A stretch of 64,000 bases of DNA from a virus. The notes beneath the pieces were generated by a model. The model made no database searches and was not told the DNA's origin. It saw nothing but the letters and a program-made list of their open reading frames with translations. The position numbers were made by a program, and so were the translations under genes. Shown in pieces: positions 1 to 9,194 of the stretch. How positions within the stretch are numbered: the stretch's first letter is position 1; each line of letters starts with the position of its first letter. The stretch lies in the IMG/VR virus record IMGVR_UViG_3300022925_000006. The stretch is one strand, 5' to 3'.

Positions 1-126
1 GATTATCGTGACGCATGTGAGTGGTTTACTGGTTCCAAACTTTATGTTGTCAAACAAGTGAATGAACCAAACTTTGGAGACATGCGTGTAAAAGCGAAGG
101 GTTATTATAATGCAATCGGAAGTTAG
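1..126 (+). CDS. partial hypothetical phage protein (3' end)
   Basis: Frame 1 is open from base 1 (DYRDACEWFTGSKL...KAKGYYNAIGS) to TAG at 124-126. Confidence 0.6.
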   Translation, partial: DYRDACEWFTGSKLYVVKQVNEPNFGDMRVKAKGYYNAIGS

Positions 127-130
127 AGAA

Positions 131-391
131 ATGAAGGGTGGGTGTATGGTCGAGAAATTCGACATGCCTGGAGTAGACGGTTACCAACTCGTTTATAAAT
201 TTGATAATGATTATGGCGCATCTGTAGTCAAACACAACTTCTCTTACGGCGGTGAGAAAGGCCTGTATGAACTTGAAGTGCTTGACAAAGATGGTGGGTT
301 ATGTTATGATTCACCAATCACTGAAGATGTAATTGGGCGTCTTACAATGGGTGAAGTCGATAAATTACTTGTGGAGATATCACACCTATGA
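131..391 (+). CDS. conserved hypothetical phage protein
   Basis: FDNDYGASVVKHNFSYGGEKGLYEL motif; start moved from 110 to avoid overlap with the upstream ORF. Confidence 0.7.
   Translation: MKGGCMVEKFDMPGVDGYQLVYKFDNDYGASVVKHNFSYGGEKGLYELEVLDKDGGLCYDSPITEDVIGRLTMGEVDKLLVEISHL
282..310 (+). promoter_or_regulatory. sigma70-type early promoter
   Basis: TTGACA-17-TATGAT with extended TG, upstream of the glycosylase-like gene. Confidence 0.55.
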
Positions 392-939
392 ATATATTTC
401 ACTTAGACAATGACCCTAAGATTGCCGCAGAGATGATGTGTGACAAACACGTGGTCAAGATGGTCACTGAGTACGGTCAGATGTTGTCTACCGCACATCG
501 TGTACTAGATGGTGAGTTGTATACCGACAAGACCAAGAATGGTCGTAACATCAAACGGTGGAGACTGAGGGGGGCTGCACAAGAACGTGACTTGTACAAA
601 GCATCACATGTCAATCACCCATCTAACATCTGGACACGTGAGAACGATAAGAACTACCGATGGTTGTTCAAACACTTCCAAGCAACCGCAAAGGAGTATG
701 AGAAACGATACGAACGTGTTCATGCTACCTACGATAAGTTAGGTGGTTATCTGTGGTTTGCGCCACGCAACATTAAACAAGTCGTAAGACTAACAAGATT
801 CGCACAAGCAATGCCTGAGTATTGCAAACGTGAAGACCCAGTAGAAGCATACCGTTTCTACTATATAAATGAGAAGGTAGAATTCGCAAAGTGGAAGAAC
901 GTTGAGACACCTCAATGGTTTTCTGAAGGAGTCGCTTAA
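388..939 (+). CDS. pyrimidine-dimer DNA glycosylase / endonuclease V-like protein
   Basis: MNIFHLD..P..AA..MCDKHVVKM..EY.QMLST, HVNHP..IW and AQAMP motifs of the Pyr_excise-type family. Confidence 0.7.
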   Translation: MNIFHLDNDPKIAAEMMCDKHVVKMVTEYGQMLSTAHRVLDGELYTDKTKNGRNIKRWRLRGAAQERDLYKASHVNHPSNIWTRENDKNYRWLFKHFQATAKEYEKRYERVHATYDKLGGYLWFAPRNIKQVVRLTRFAQAMPEYCKREDPVEAYRFYYINEKVEFAKWKNVETPQWFSEGVA

Positions 940-1163
940 TGACTATGCCCGATGAACGGTATCATGCCCTCAAGAGAACTGCAACCTTTCTAAAAGAATT
1001 GCAGAACCCTAGAGGTATATACAAAAGAGATAACATGACTGAGATACGTAAGATGGCATCAAGTTGCCTTCGACACTACCCTTGGGATATGTATCTAGAA
1101 GACCTTGCGGAAATTGCCCCTCATATATTGGAAAATAAAGAGACCCTTAATAATGGAGAATGA
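939..1163 (+). CDS. hypothetical protein (MTMPDER...LRHYP family)
   Basis: Translationally coupled ORF with a recognisable small-protein motif. Confidence 0.7.
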   Translation: MTMPDERYHALKRTATFLKELQNPRGIYKRDNMTEIRKMASSCLRHYPWDMYLEDLAEIAPHILENKETLNNGE

Positions 1164-1164
1164 A

Positions 1165-1419
1165 ATGACTTATGAAGAAATCGTTAACACCTTACGTGAA
1201 GGTGTCGTGAACTTGTCTTTTACAAAAGTAAAGGACGGTGGAGTTCGTGAAATGAGAGCAACCTTGGTATCTGATATGATTCCAACGGACAAAATGCCTA
1301 AGACCGATGCAAACGCAAACACTGAAAAGAATCAACTTGCAGTGCGTGTATTTGATTTGGATATTAATGACTGGCGTTCATTCCGTGTAGATTCGCTCTT
1401 GACTTTTAGTGCAGTATAA
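1165..1419 (+). CDS. SH3/WYL-like small phage protein
   Basis: F.K.KDG..REM.ATL...VFDLD...WRSFR motif; GGAG SD before ATG 1165. Confidence 0.75.
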   Translation: MTYEEIVNTLREGVVNLSFTKVKDGGVREMRATLVSDMIPTDKMPKTDANANTEKNQLAVRVFDLDINDWRSFRVDSLLTFSAV

Positions 1420-1427
1420 GTTATACT
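1399..1427 (+). promoter_or_regulatory. sigma70-type promoter
   Basis: TTGACT-17-TATACT upstream of ORF 1437. Confidence 0.55.
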
Positions 1428-1436
1428 ATATAATAT

Positions 1437-2066
1437 ATGGTCAAGAAACTAACACCACAAGAGAAAGCAAAAGCAACTAGAGAAGCCAAGAAACAGGCGA
1501 GTCTAGATGCTCTTGGTTTCGAACGTAAGAAAGTGAAACGTACACGTAAACCTATGTCTCCTGAACAGAAGGCAGCGGCAGTCGAACGTCTTGCTAAAGC
1601 ACGTGAAGCTAGGGGTGCAGACGGTAGTAAGTCTGTCCACAAGGACATTAGAGATTTACCCGAAGACCATTTCCTGCATTGGAAGAAAGTTAAACAATGG
1701 TTGAAATCCAACCAAGATGAACTGAAAGCAATGAGGTCGTACAAGACCTCTAAGGTTTCTAAGGAGCGAGCAGAATACCAAGACCTAGAAACATATGTCT
1801 CAAATATGAAAAAGTATTTGGCTAATGGTATATGGATGGACTTTCGCTATGGTGAGAAAAGGGAATCTAGAATTCAAAAAGTGTGTGTTGCAATGGCATA
1901 CCATGATGACGGAACACCAAAACGTCAATACAATACATGGTATCCTGATATCGCACAAGTCTGGACTCCTGAACTTGAAGAAGAGTTTGCAAAAGATGAA
2001 GAATATGTAAGTTCCTTCAAGGTAAATATTCGTACAAACGAAGAGGTCGATGATGGCGAAAGTTGA
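1437..2066 (+). CDS. conserved hypothetical T4-like phage protein, basic N-terminus
   Basis: 209-aa ORF directly upstream of gp33; RKPMSPEQKAAAVERLAKAR motif. Confidence 0.75.
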   Translation: MVKKLTPQEKAKATREAKKQASLDALGFERKKVKRTRKPMSPEQKAAAVERLAKAREARGADGSKSVHKDIRDLPEDHFLHWKKVKQWLKSNQDELKAMRSYKTSKVSKERAEYQDLETYVSNMKKYLANGIWMDFRYGEKRESRIQKVCVAMAYHDDGTPKRQYNTWYPDIAQVWTPELEEEFAKDEEYVSSFKVNIRTNEEVDDGES

Positions 2067-2328
2067 TATGATTATGGGTGGGGTAGATTCTTCGGAAGAA
2101 GAGTCCAACTTCATGAACAAAAAGAAATTTACCCGTATGGTTGAAGATACGGTTAGAACAAAATCTATGTCTTACATGGATACGGTTGTTTATCTCTGTG
2201 ATGAAAACAATCTAGAAATTGAGGATGTGAAGAAATATATCACAGTCTCGATAAAAGAGAAAATTGAGTTGGAAGCAATGAAACTTAACTTTCTCACCAA
2301 GGGTGAAGCTCTCCCTATTGATAAATAA
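2050..2328 (+). CDS. gp33: late transcription coactivator gp33
   Basis: F...VE......SYMD.V...C....E.EDV.K.I...IKEKIE.EA..LNFL motif; adjacent to gp32. Confidence 0.85.
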   Translation: MMAKVDMIMGGVDSSEEESNFMNKKKFTRMVEDTVRTKSMSYMDTVVYLCDENNLEIEDVKKYITVSIKEKIELEAMKLNFLTKGEALPIDK

Positions 2329-2333
2329 AAGAG

Positions 2334-2362
2334 TTGACAAAACCTTTTGATTATGATACAAT
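2334..2362 (+). promoter_or_regulatory. sigma70-type promoter for gp32
   Basis: TTGACA-17-TACAAT with extended TG. Confidence 0.75.
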
Positions 2363-2406
2363 GAATACTCAAAATACTACTAATACGCAAATATACGGAG
2401 AATACA

Positions 2407-3327
2407 ATGTCTTTTGCAAATCTAAAAAATAATCGGACTGATGTGTCCAAACTCGCTAATGCCGCCTCAGAAATGTCTGGTGGTAAGCAAACCAATAACA
2501 AATACGAAGATACTCGTTTCTGGAAACCTACTGTAGATGACAGTGGTAACGGTTACGCAGTTGTTCGTTTCCTTCCTGCCGCAGAAGGTCAAGAACTACC
2601 TTGGGTACGTTACTTTGACCATTTCTTTAAAGGCCCTACTGGTCAATGGTATGTTGAGAAGTCTCTGACTACTCTAGGTAACAATGACCCAGTGAGTGAA
2701 TATAACTCACGTCTCTGGAATTCTGGCATTGAGGAAGACAAAGAGACTGCACGTAAACAGAAGCGTAGACTTCACTATGTTGCAAACATCATGGTCTTGA
2801 GTGACCCATCTAATCCTGCAAACGAAGGTAAAGTATTCCTTTACGACTTCGGTAAGAAAATCTTTGATAAGGTTATGGATAAGATGCAACCTGAGTTCCC
2901 AGGCGAAGAACCAATCAACCCGTTTGATTTCTGGTCTGGTGCTGACTTTCAGTTGAAGATTCGTAACGTTGCTGGTTACAGAAACTATGATAAGTCTGAG
3001 TTTAAATCAGCTGCTCCACTATTGGAAGCGGATGAGACTAAACTAGAAGCAACTTATAATCAGTTACATGATGTGTCTGAGTTTGTTGCACAGTCTTCAT
3101 ACAAGTCTTATGATGAACTCAAGCAACGTCTTGAAGTTGTTCTTGGTCAATCGACTGGTCAAGGTTCTACGGTGAAGAATGATTCTTTGACACAAACTGC
3201 GGAAGTGGTTAGTTCAAAGGAACAAGAACCGCAAGTTATTGCGTCTGCACCTGAACCAAGAATCACCGCATCTACGGATGAGGATGATACGTTGTCATAC
3301 TTTGCTAAGTTGGCTGCTGAGGACTAA
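2407..3327 (+). CDS. gp32: single-stranded DNA-binding protein
   Basis: FWKP.VD.SGNGYAVVRFLPA, FGKKIFDK, INPFDFW.GADF.LKIR.V.GYRNYDKSEF, C-terminal DDTLSYFAKLA. Confidence 0.97.
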   Translation: MSFANLKNNRTDVSKLANAASEMSGGKQTNNKYEDTRFWKPTVDDSGNGYAVVRFLPAAEGQELPWVRYFDHFFKGPTGQWYVEKSLTTLGNNDPVSEYNSRLWNSGIEEDKETARKQKRRLHYVANIMVLSDPSNPANEGKVFLYDFGKKIFDKVMDKMQPEFPGEEPINPFDFWSGADFQLKIRNVAGYRNYDKSEFKSAAPLLEADETKLEATYNQLHDVSEFVAQSSYKSYDELKQRLEVVLGQSTGQGSTVKNDSLTQTAEVVSSKEQEPQVIASAPEPRITASTDEDDTLSYFAKLAAED

Positions 3328-3363
3328 AAGAATCCTTGCCTTAGGATAAACCGTTATGGTTAT

Positions 3364-3389
3364 AGGGTCTCTTCGGAGACCCTTTTTTT
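3364..3389 (+). terminator. intrinsic terminator with cUUCGg tetraloop
   Basis: AGGGTCTC-TTCG-GAGACCCT followed by a T run, between convergent genes. Confidence 0.9.
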
Positions 3390-5298
3390 ATGCTACTCGG
3401 TCTAGTTGGTCTACCGCTGGAGTCGGGTCAGACACTAAGGAGTTGTTTGTTGTATTAGAGGTTGTTGACCTACTTGAGGCATCAACAACAGCAGTAGATG
3501 AGGCACTAGACTGTTGTTTCAGTTCTGCGTTCTGGCTAGACTGATTATTAACTTCTGCATTTCTTACAGGGCCAAGACCCAACGCAGAGTTAACCTGATT
3601 CATCGTTGCGGTAATCTCTGGAACTTTAAGTGATGGGTCAAGAATACCTTTCTTAAAGTCAATTTTTTTGTTAAAACCTGCTGTTTCAAATTCGACTTGA
3701 CCACCATTTGCCAGTCCACCCAATAGAGCAGGAAGATGACCAAAACTATCTAACATACCTTCGATGTCTATTGAACCAGACCCGATGTTGATACCAGACA
3801 TCTTTTGCAGTGCATCTGCCATTCGAGTGAGACCACGAGATGCCTTATTGATTTCAGTCTCTCTGTCAGCAATTGACAACATTTGTTCTATAGGTGATTG
3901 ACCACCAGTCATGAAGTTCAGAATACCAGAAGCTGCATTTGCAAGAGAGGATACAAAGTTACCTGCGCCAAATACACCGAGACCAGCACCTAATGATACC
4001 ATAGCGTCTCTTACATTATTCGCCCTTGTCAACATATTAGAGGAGTCTTCTCCACCAATAGACAAAAGTGTGTTTACTTGGTTTTTAGTTTTTTCTGCAA
4101 AGTCATCCTTTGAGAAGAAGTCGCCAAGTGCTTTAACTACTTGACCGCCACCAAACACAGCAAGACCAACACCAAGACCACCTAATGCGAGAGCAACAGC
4201 GCCTCCCTCTGCCAACATTCCTAGAGCGCTCTTATCGAGACCTTCGGGAATACTTAACAGTGTGAGTACTTGGTCTTTTACTAATTGTGCATCAAAATCT
4301 ATTAATTGTGTGATACCACCAACACCAGTACCAATACCAAAAGCGGCCAGACCGAGACCTAGTCCAGTCATAACAGGAGCAAATGCAGTTAACCATGCGG
4401 CATCACCAATACTACCTACGTGTTCGCCGATGGATAGTAATGTGCCAACTTGGTCTTTTACTTTATGTGCATCAAAATCTATTAATTGTGAGACACCAGT
4501 AATCCCAGCACCAATACCGAATGCCGCAAGACCAAGACCCAATGCCATCATTGCGGGTTTGAATAACGCAAGTGTTACAAGTTTAGGAGCGTCTAGTGAT
4601 TCACCGATACTCAATAAGGTTAGAACATTTTTCTTTGTGGTCTCTGCCCAGTTACCTTGGTCAAACTTATCTAATATCCCTTGAGTCATACCAGCGATAC
4701 CACCACCAGCAGAGAAGTATACTAAACCAGTTGCAATTTGTTTCATTGCAGTAGGAAATGCAATAAGAGTGGCCAACTTGGCCAAGTTCATCTCATCACC
4801 GATACTGAGTAGACTCAGAACATTCTTTTTGACCTTCTCACCATCAATCAGACCAGACGACATAAGACCAGCAACAGCAACAATCGCAAGGATGCCGATA
4901 CCAGCACCTTTTGCTAGACTGCCAAGCATACCACCGAATCCCTTGACCTTCTTGCCAAGAGAACTCATGAGGTTACTAGGAGCGTCTTTTGCTGTCTGTA
5001 GTCCTGCCTTTAATGATGATGGTAGATTTGCAAGTTTCTTAAAGAGACTTTTTCTTTCTATCTCTTCTTCTTTCTTATCACCCCTTTCACTCTGGTCTCT
5101 TTTTTCTGCATCCGTACCCATACCAACCAAACTATCTAATAGTGTATTGGTTTCCTTGGCAATACTCACCTTTTCTACATTATAGTTTGTATCTTGAGTA
5201 TGGTTTTCTTTGAGCGTGTTGATTACTTTCCTCAGAAGGTTCTTCTGAGAATCGCTGTCTCTACCTGCCCCTTTTGCGGGATGCATTTCCTCGGCCAT
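3388..5298 (-). CDS. putative tape measure / baseplate hub protein (gp29-like)
   Basis: Ala/Gly-rich helical protein with five ~60-aa repeats (V.TLLSI); lies downstream of gp26/gp51. Confidence 0.65.
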   Translation of the reverse strand: MAEEMHPAKGAGRDSDSQKNLLRKVINTLKENHTQDTNYNVEKVSIAKETNTLLDSLVGMGTDAEKRDQSERGDKKEEEIERKSLFKKLANLPSSLKAGLQTAKDAPSNLMSSLGKKVKGFGGMLGSLAKGAGIGILAIVAVAGLMSSGLIDGEKVKKNVLSLLSIGDEMNLAKLATLIAFPTAMKQIATGLVYFSAGGGIAGMTQGILDKFDQGNWAETTKKNVLTLLSIGESLDAPKLVTLALFKPAMMALGLGLAAFGIGAGITGVSQLIDFDAHKVKDQVGTLLSIGEHVGSIGDAAWLTAFAPVMTGLGLGLAAFGIGTGVGGITQLIDFDAQLVKDQVLTLLSIPEGLDKSALGMLAEGGAVALALGGLGVGLAVFGGGQVVKALGDFFSKDDFAEKTKNQVNTLLSIGGEDSSNMLTRANNVRDAMVSLGAGLGVFGAGNFVSSLANAASGILNFMTGGQSPIEQMLSIADRETEINKASRGLTRMADALQKMSGINIGSGSIDIEGMLDSFGHLPALLGGLANGGQVEFETAGFNKKIDFKKGILDPSLKVPEITATMNQVNSALGLGPVRNAEVNNQSSQNAELKQQSSASSTAVVDASSRSTTSNTTNNSLVSDPTPAVDQLDRVA

Positions 5299-5487
5299 CT
5301 ATCTACCCTGTTGTTGTTTCATTTTTTCGTTCTCTTCTTTAATATAATCAGTAAGAAGAGAAACATAAACTTCCCTTTCCCACGGTATCATCATTTCTAG
5401 TTCACCTAAACCATAGTGATGATGTTGCATTAACGAAAAATTAGTTTGATAATAATTAATCAAACTATCATGGGAAAGGTTTACTAA
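5299..5487 (-). CDS. gp51: gp51-like baseplate/tail assembly protein; not in the ORF track, no good start codon, possibly a -1 frameshift extension of gp26
   Basis: LVNLSHDSLINYYQTNFSLMQHHHYGLGELEMMIPWEREVYVSLL...GR*; the YYxTNF.LMQHH and MIPWERE.Y motifs are typical; first ATG is at 5430. Confidence 0.8.
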   Translation of the reverse strand, partial: LVNLSHDSLINYYQTNFSLMQHHHYGLGELEMMIPWEREVYVSLLTDYIKEENEKMKQQQGR

Positions 5488-6185
5488 AAAAAATCAGTAA
5501 AGCCTGATAACGTATGTTTATTTTCTGTGCCACATTCGTTACAATCAAACTCAATTTCTTTGGTTAATGTTGGAATAGTCGAAACAAACTCGCTAACTTT
5601 TTTGAACTGGTCACCAGTCATAGAGTCAACAAATTCATATAATTCCTTTTTCGACACATCACTTGCATTCATCTGTTCTTCTTCAGTCATAATACTTTTA
5701 ATACTATAGACAATTAATTCAATCAATTGTTCGGTCTGAGACATACCTTCTTTCATGTTCATAAGAACAGAAGCTGACGGGTATCCCATCTCAATACTAA
5801 TGTCTTCTTGAAGTTCGATGGTCTGTACTGGATTATCCATCTCAATTTCAATGTCATCAATATTAATTGATACTTCGTTTGCAGTCTTACACTCAGAACA
5901 AGAAACGTTTAGATTACTACGTTCTCCGACTGACTTACTACGAAGTTTGGTAAACATATACTCAACATCAAATGTAGTGAGTTCTTGTTTATTAATTTTA
6001 TCGTCAACACACACTTCAATTGTATCAATGATTGCCTTCATCGCTTGAACAGTATCTTGACTCTCAAACGCCATAAGAAGAACCTTCTCTTCTTTTACCA
6101 AGTATGGACGGAATCTTACCGTCTGTTGTTTCGATGGAATTACCATCTCATACTTTGGGTTACTATTTAACTTAGGTAATGCCAT
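5484..6185 (-). CDS. gp26: baseplate hub assembly protein gp26
   Basis: MALPKL..PKY....PS....VRFRPYLVKEEKVLL, FDVEY.F.KLRSKSVGE, two CxxC motifs, ends GFTDFF. Confidence 0.88.
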   Translation of the reverse strand: MALPKLNSNPKYEMVIPSKQQTVRFRPYLVKEEKVLLMAFESQDTVQAMKAIIDTIEVCVDDKINKQELTTFDVEYMFTKLRSKSVGERSNLNVSCSECKTANEVSINIDDIEIEMDNPVQTIELQEDISIEMGYPSASVLMNMKEGMSQTEQLIELIVYSIKSIMTEEEQMNASDVSKKELYEFVDSMTGDQFKKVSEFVSTIPTLTKEIEFDCNECGTENKHTLSGFTDFF

Positions 6186-6200
6186 TATATTCTCCAAATG

Positions 6201-6902
6201 TTATAAAAATTTCCTAATCAGTTCACCAGCAAGACCTTCAATGAAATCATTTTCTACGCTGTCACCTTTTTTAGACTTCCAGTTCTTGTACGATAATTGT
6301 ACCGACACTTCAAGTAACTGTCCGTCATCACTCAACTCAATTGAATTCAATGTTGTTGGGTATGCCTTATCTAGGACTAAAGTATAAGTGATATCATCAC
6401 CAAATACTGCGTTCAAATCGAACTCACCTTGTGCAAGGTCGAGTGGCCCTAGTCTTGGTAATCTACCCGCAATAGACGAAGGTAATTTACCAGAATCAAA
6501 AATCTTTTTCTTTTTAATCGGAAACGATACACCTTTCTTAATGTGTTGAATAATCACGGGGTGTGTATAATCGTTAAAGTATCCGACTTCCTTGGTCTCT
6601 TGATTGACCGCAAGGTTCTGCCATGTCTCAAAGTATTCTCTTATTTTCATATCATTAAGACAATGGAATGTCAACTGAACATCCTCGACAGCATAACCAT
6701 ATGCAATCTTAGTAGTATCAAGACCCATTTGTTTTTCGGTTGATAGGATTTGTCTGCCAGGCAAAGAGGTTGCTTTACATAACATGTTTAGTGTTCTTGC
6801 ATCACCCCTAATCGGGGGTAGGAAAATCTTGTACAGACTCCCCAGAGCTATACCACCACCAGCACCTACCGCTGATTTGAAATCGTCAATACGAATTGCC
6901 AT
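6201..6902 (-). CDS. tail tube initiator / tube-like protein (gp54-like)
   Basis: gp19-fold motifs LC...SLPGR.I, YF..WQ, AYPTT.N.IELS; synteny. Confidence 0.65.
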   Translation of the reverse strand: MAIRIDDFKSAVGAGGGIALGSLYKIFLPPIRGDARTLNMLCKATSLPGRQILSTEKQMGLDTTKIAYGYAVEDVQLTFHCLNDMKIREYFETWQNLAVNQETKEVGYFNDYTHPVIIQHIKKGVSFPIKKKKIFDSGKLPSSIAGRLPRLGPLDLAQGEFDLNAVFGDDITYTLVLDKAYPTTLNSIELSDDGQLLEVSVQLSYKNWKSKKGDSVENDFIEGLAGELIRKFL

Positions 6903-7495
6903 TAGTCTTTACCTATCATCTGCCTTGAATCATAGAACACTTTCTGCGAACTTGCTTTACGGAACTGAGCAGTCGGTAAGAATGTTGCAATCTCCCACTC
7001 TGGAGTAGGGACTTCTGCGAACTTACTCTTTACGTGTTTGTTCAAGTAATGTTTGAAACATGGTTTGTAGTATTTTAGTTTTGCAATACTCTGTAATCTT
7101 TTGTACGTAATATTAAACTTTGCATCGTCAGACTTCTTACTAGATGCAACTTCCATCAATGCGTCCAACATCTTCGCACGAAGGATGGGTGGTAGATAGT
7201 GAAGATTGATTCCATAGAACCCGCCTTCTGCTGGCCCAACCACGATGATTAGTGGAAACGCATCATAGTAGGGAAGCGTGTCTTTATATTTGGGGTCGTA
7301 AAAGAACATCTGCATTGTTCCGACCACACCACTCTTTGCCTTCTGTCGCAATTGTTCTTCTTTCATCAACGCTTCACGGTTGATAGAACGCATGTTAGAT
7401 GCTTTCTTTCTGAACCATTCACGAGATTCCTTGGTACGGGGAGTAACTCCTGCACGGAATGCCTGTAGTTCTAGTCTGTTGAATATATTACTCAT
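6902..7495 (-). CDS. gp2: DNA end protector protein
   Basis: FFYDPK.KDTLPYYD.FPL, GFYGINLHYLP, PCFKHYL..HV.S, W.IA.FLP.AQF. Confidence 0.92.
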   Translation of the reverse strand: MSNIFNRLELQAFRAGVTPRTKESREWFRKKASNMRSINREALMKEEQLRQKAKSGVVGTMQMFFYDPKYKDTLPYYDAFPLIIVVGPAEGGFYGINLHYLPPILRAKMLDALMEVASSKKSDDAKFNITYKRLQSIAKLKYYKPCFKHYLNKHVKSKFAEVPTPEWEIATFLPTAQFRKASSQKVFYDSRQMIGKD

Positions 7496-7499
7496 GTCT

Positions 7500-9194
7500 T
7501 TATTTATACCAATTTATCTTAGATTTTTTATAGTTTTCAATAAAATCATAGTATCGGTCAACATCATCCTGACCTATAATTGGGGGGTTGCCCGAATATA
7601 CATCATTTAAGTCGTATCCTAATACACTGTACCAGTGCATGTGCCAGCCACTTAGACTCTCTGGTCTTCCTAGTTTTTGTATTCTATCAGATTGAAACTT
7701 GGCACTCCATTCTACCATATCAATAAAATCATAATCTCCACTTGGATGTACCCATGTACGTTGCATAGTTTCTTTTGCTCGGTCTTTTAGTTCTTCTTGT
7801 TTCAACCAATCAACATTTTTATTTTCTATCATATCATGTATTGAAACGTTATCTGGTATTATTCGTTTTACTTCCCAATTGGTATAATAATACGATTCAA
7901 CTATCCTATCAATAGGGGTCTTATTTCTCCATGTGTATCCGTACTTTGACGGGTCTTTTTCTATTTCAGATACCGCATCAATACCATCATGACCCACGTG
8001 TTGCGATATGTATAGTCCATGCATTGTTACTTGGTTCTTCCAATACTTGTTCAACCAATCCGCAGTATTGTCAAGAGTCTCAAACGTTTCGTGTGGTAAT
8101 CCCGCAATCATTGATAGTGTTCCATTATAATGATTACCCGATAATACATTTTTTCTAAAGTATTCTTCTCCTGCCAACAGCCCTTCTTGTATTATAAGAG
8201 GGGACATTCCTTTTCTGATTGACTTTGCAGACGCATGATTGAACGACTCAAGTCCCATAGAGTGACTGGTGAATCCCATAGTAATCATATTATCCCAGTC
8301 TTCTCTCGCTCGTTTTACAAACAAGTCTCCTCTAACAAATCCATGAAACTGAGGTTGAAAGGGTAATGTCTTTACAACATTAGCAAACTTCTCAATCTTC
8401 TCTGAACGGTCATTACAAGTCTCATCCGCAAGCACGTAACGAGTCACTCCCCATCTATCGTAGTTTTCTCGCAACTCTTCTTCAAAGTTTATTGCATCTC
8501 TGGTATGGTCTCCCTTGACACCCAGTGGTGCATAGTCACAGAATGTACACTTGAACATACATCCTCGTGATAACTCTATAGTTAACACTTCATTCTTTTG
8601 TATGAAGTCTCTTTCCTCGTATGATGTTCTTGGGTTCTTGTGTGGAAATGCGGGATAGTCTTTGAAACAATCAATGATTTTAAATTTCTTATTGGTCATA
8701 TCAATAAGATTAAATGGGTTGGTCATCTCTTTGACGTTTGGTTCAGATGCATTACCAACAAAGTAATCACACAAAGCAACGATTGCATGTTCTCCATTAC
8801 CTACAGAAAAGTAATCTACATTCTCGTGACGTATAACATTTACAAGTTTATTTGCACCCACGACAATTTTAATCCAAGGGTATTTCTTTTTAATGTATCT
8901 TATAAGCCTGTTGTGTTTTACTACTAACGGTGGTGCAGAAAAAATAGAGTATGTAAAGAACACACTGAATCCTATCCATTTTGTATCATGAGTAACCCGA
9001 CTATCAACAAAATCTTTTAGTTCTTCGTCTGACCACGCATCAACAAAGTCCAAAACTTCAACGTCCCATCCCCTCGCTTCTCTTAAATGTGAAGCAATCC
9101 TGTGTGCTCCTGTTCCACGAACAGGTATATCACGACCACTGTATCCGACTGGATACGTTATATTAGCTCCAGTGATAATTAGTGCGTGATTCAT
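7500..9194 (-). CDS. B12-binding-domain radical SAM protein
   Basis: ELSRGCMFKCTFCDY (CxxxCxxC), ADETCND, MGLES, IAGLPHET; N-terminal G..RIA.HLR..GWDVEV.D / IGFSV cobalamin-binding-like domain. Confidence 0.85.
   Translation of the reverse strand: MNHALIITGANITYPVGYSGRDIPVRGTGAHRIASHLREARGWDVEVLDFVDAWSDEELKDFVDSRVTHDTKWIGFSVFFTYSIFSAPPLVVKHNRLIRYIKKKYPWIKIVVGANKLVNVIRHENVDYFSVGNGEHAIVALCDYFVGNASEPNVKEMTNPFNLIDMTNKKFKIIDCFKDYPAFPHKNPRTSYEERDFIQKNEVLTIELSRGCMFKCTFCDYAPLGVKGDHTRDAINFEEELRENYDRWGVTRYVLADETCNDRSEKIEKFANVVKTLPFQPQFHGFVRGDLFVKRAREDWDNMITMGFTSHSMGLESFNHASAKSIRKGMSPLIIQEGLLAGEEYFRKNVLSGNHYNGTLSMIAGLPHETFETLDNTADWLNKYWKNQVTMHGLYISQHVGHDGIDAVSEIEKDPSKYGYTWRNKTPIDRIVESYYYTNWEVKRIIPDNVSIHDMIENKNVDWLKQEELKDRAKETMQRTWVHPSGDYDFIDMVEWSAKFQSDRIQKLGRPESLSGWHMHWYSVLGYDLNDVYSGNPPIIGQDDVDRYYDFIENYKKSKINWYK
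7501..7508 (-). promoter_or_regulatory. T4-type late promoter for gp2
   Basis: TATAAATA on the minus strand, 5 nt before the gp2 ATG, overlapping the last codons of the radical SAM gene. Confidence 0.75.

Noticed and set aside
3911-5185. Plus-strand ORFs opposite the tape measure gene, and similar antisense ORFs throughout (e.g. 9905-10552, 29167-29781, 43080-43598)
   Set aside because: These are antisense shadows of well-supported genes, with no SD or recognisable motifs.
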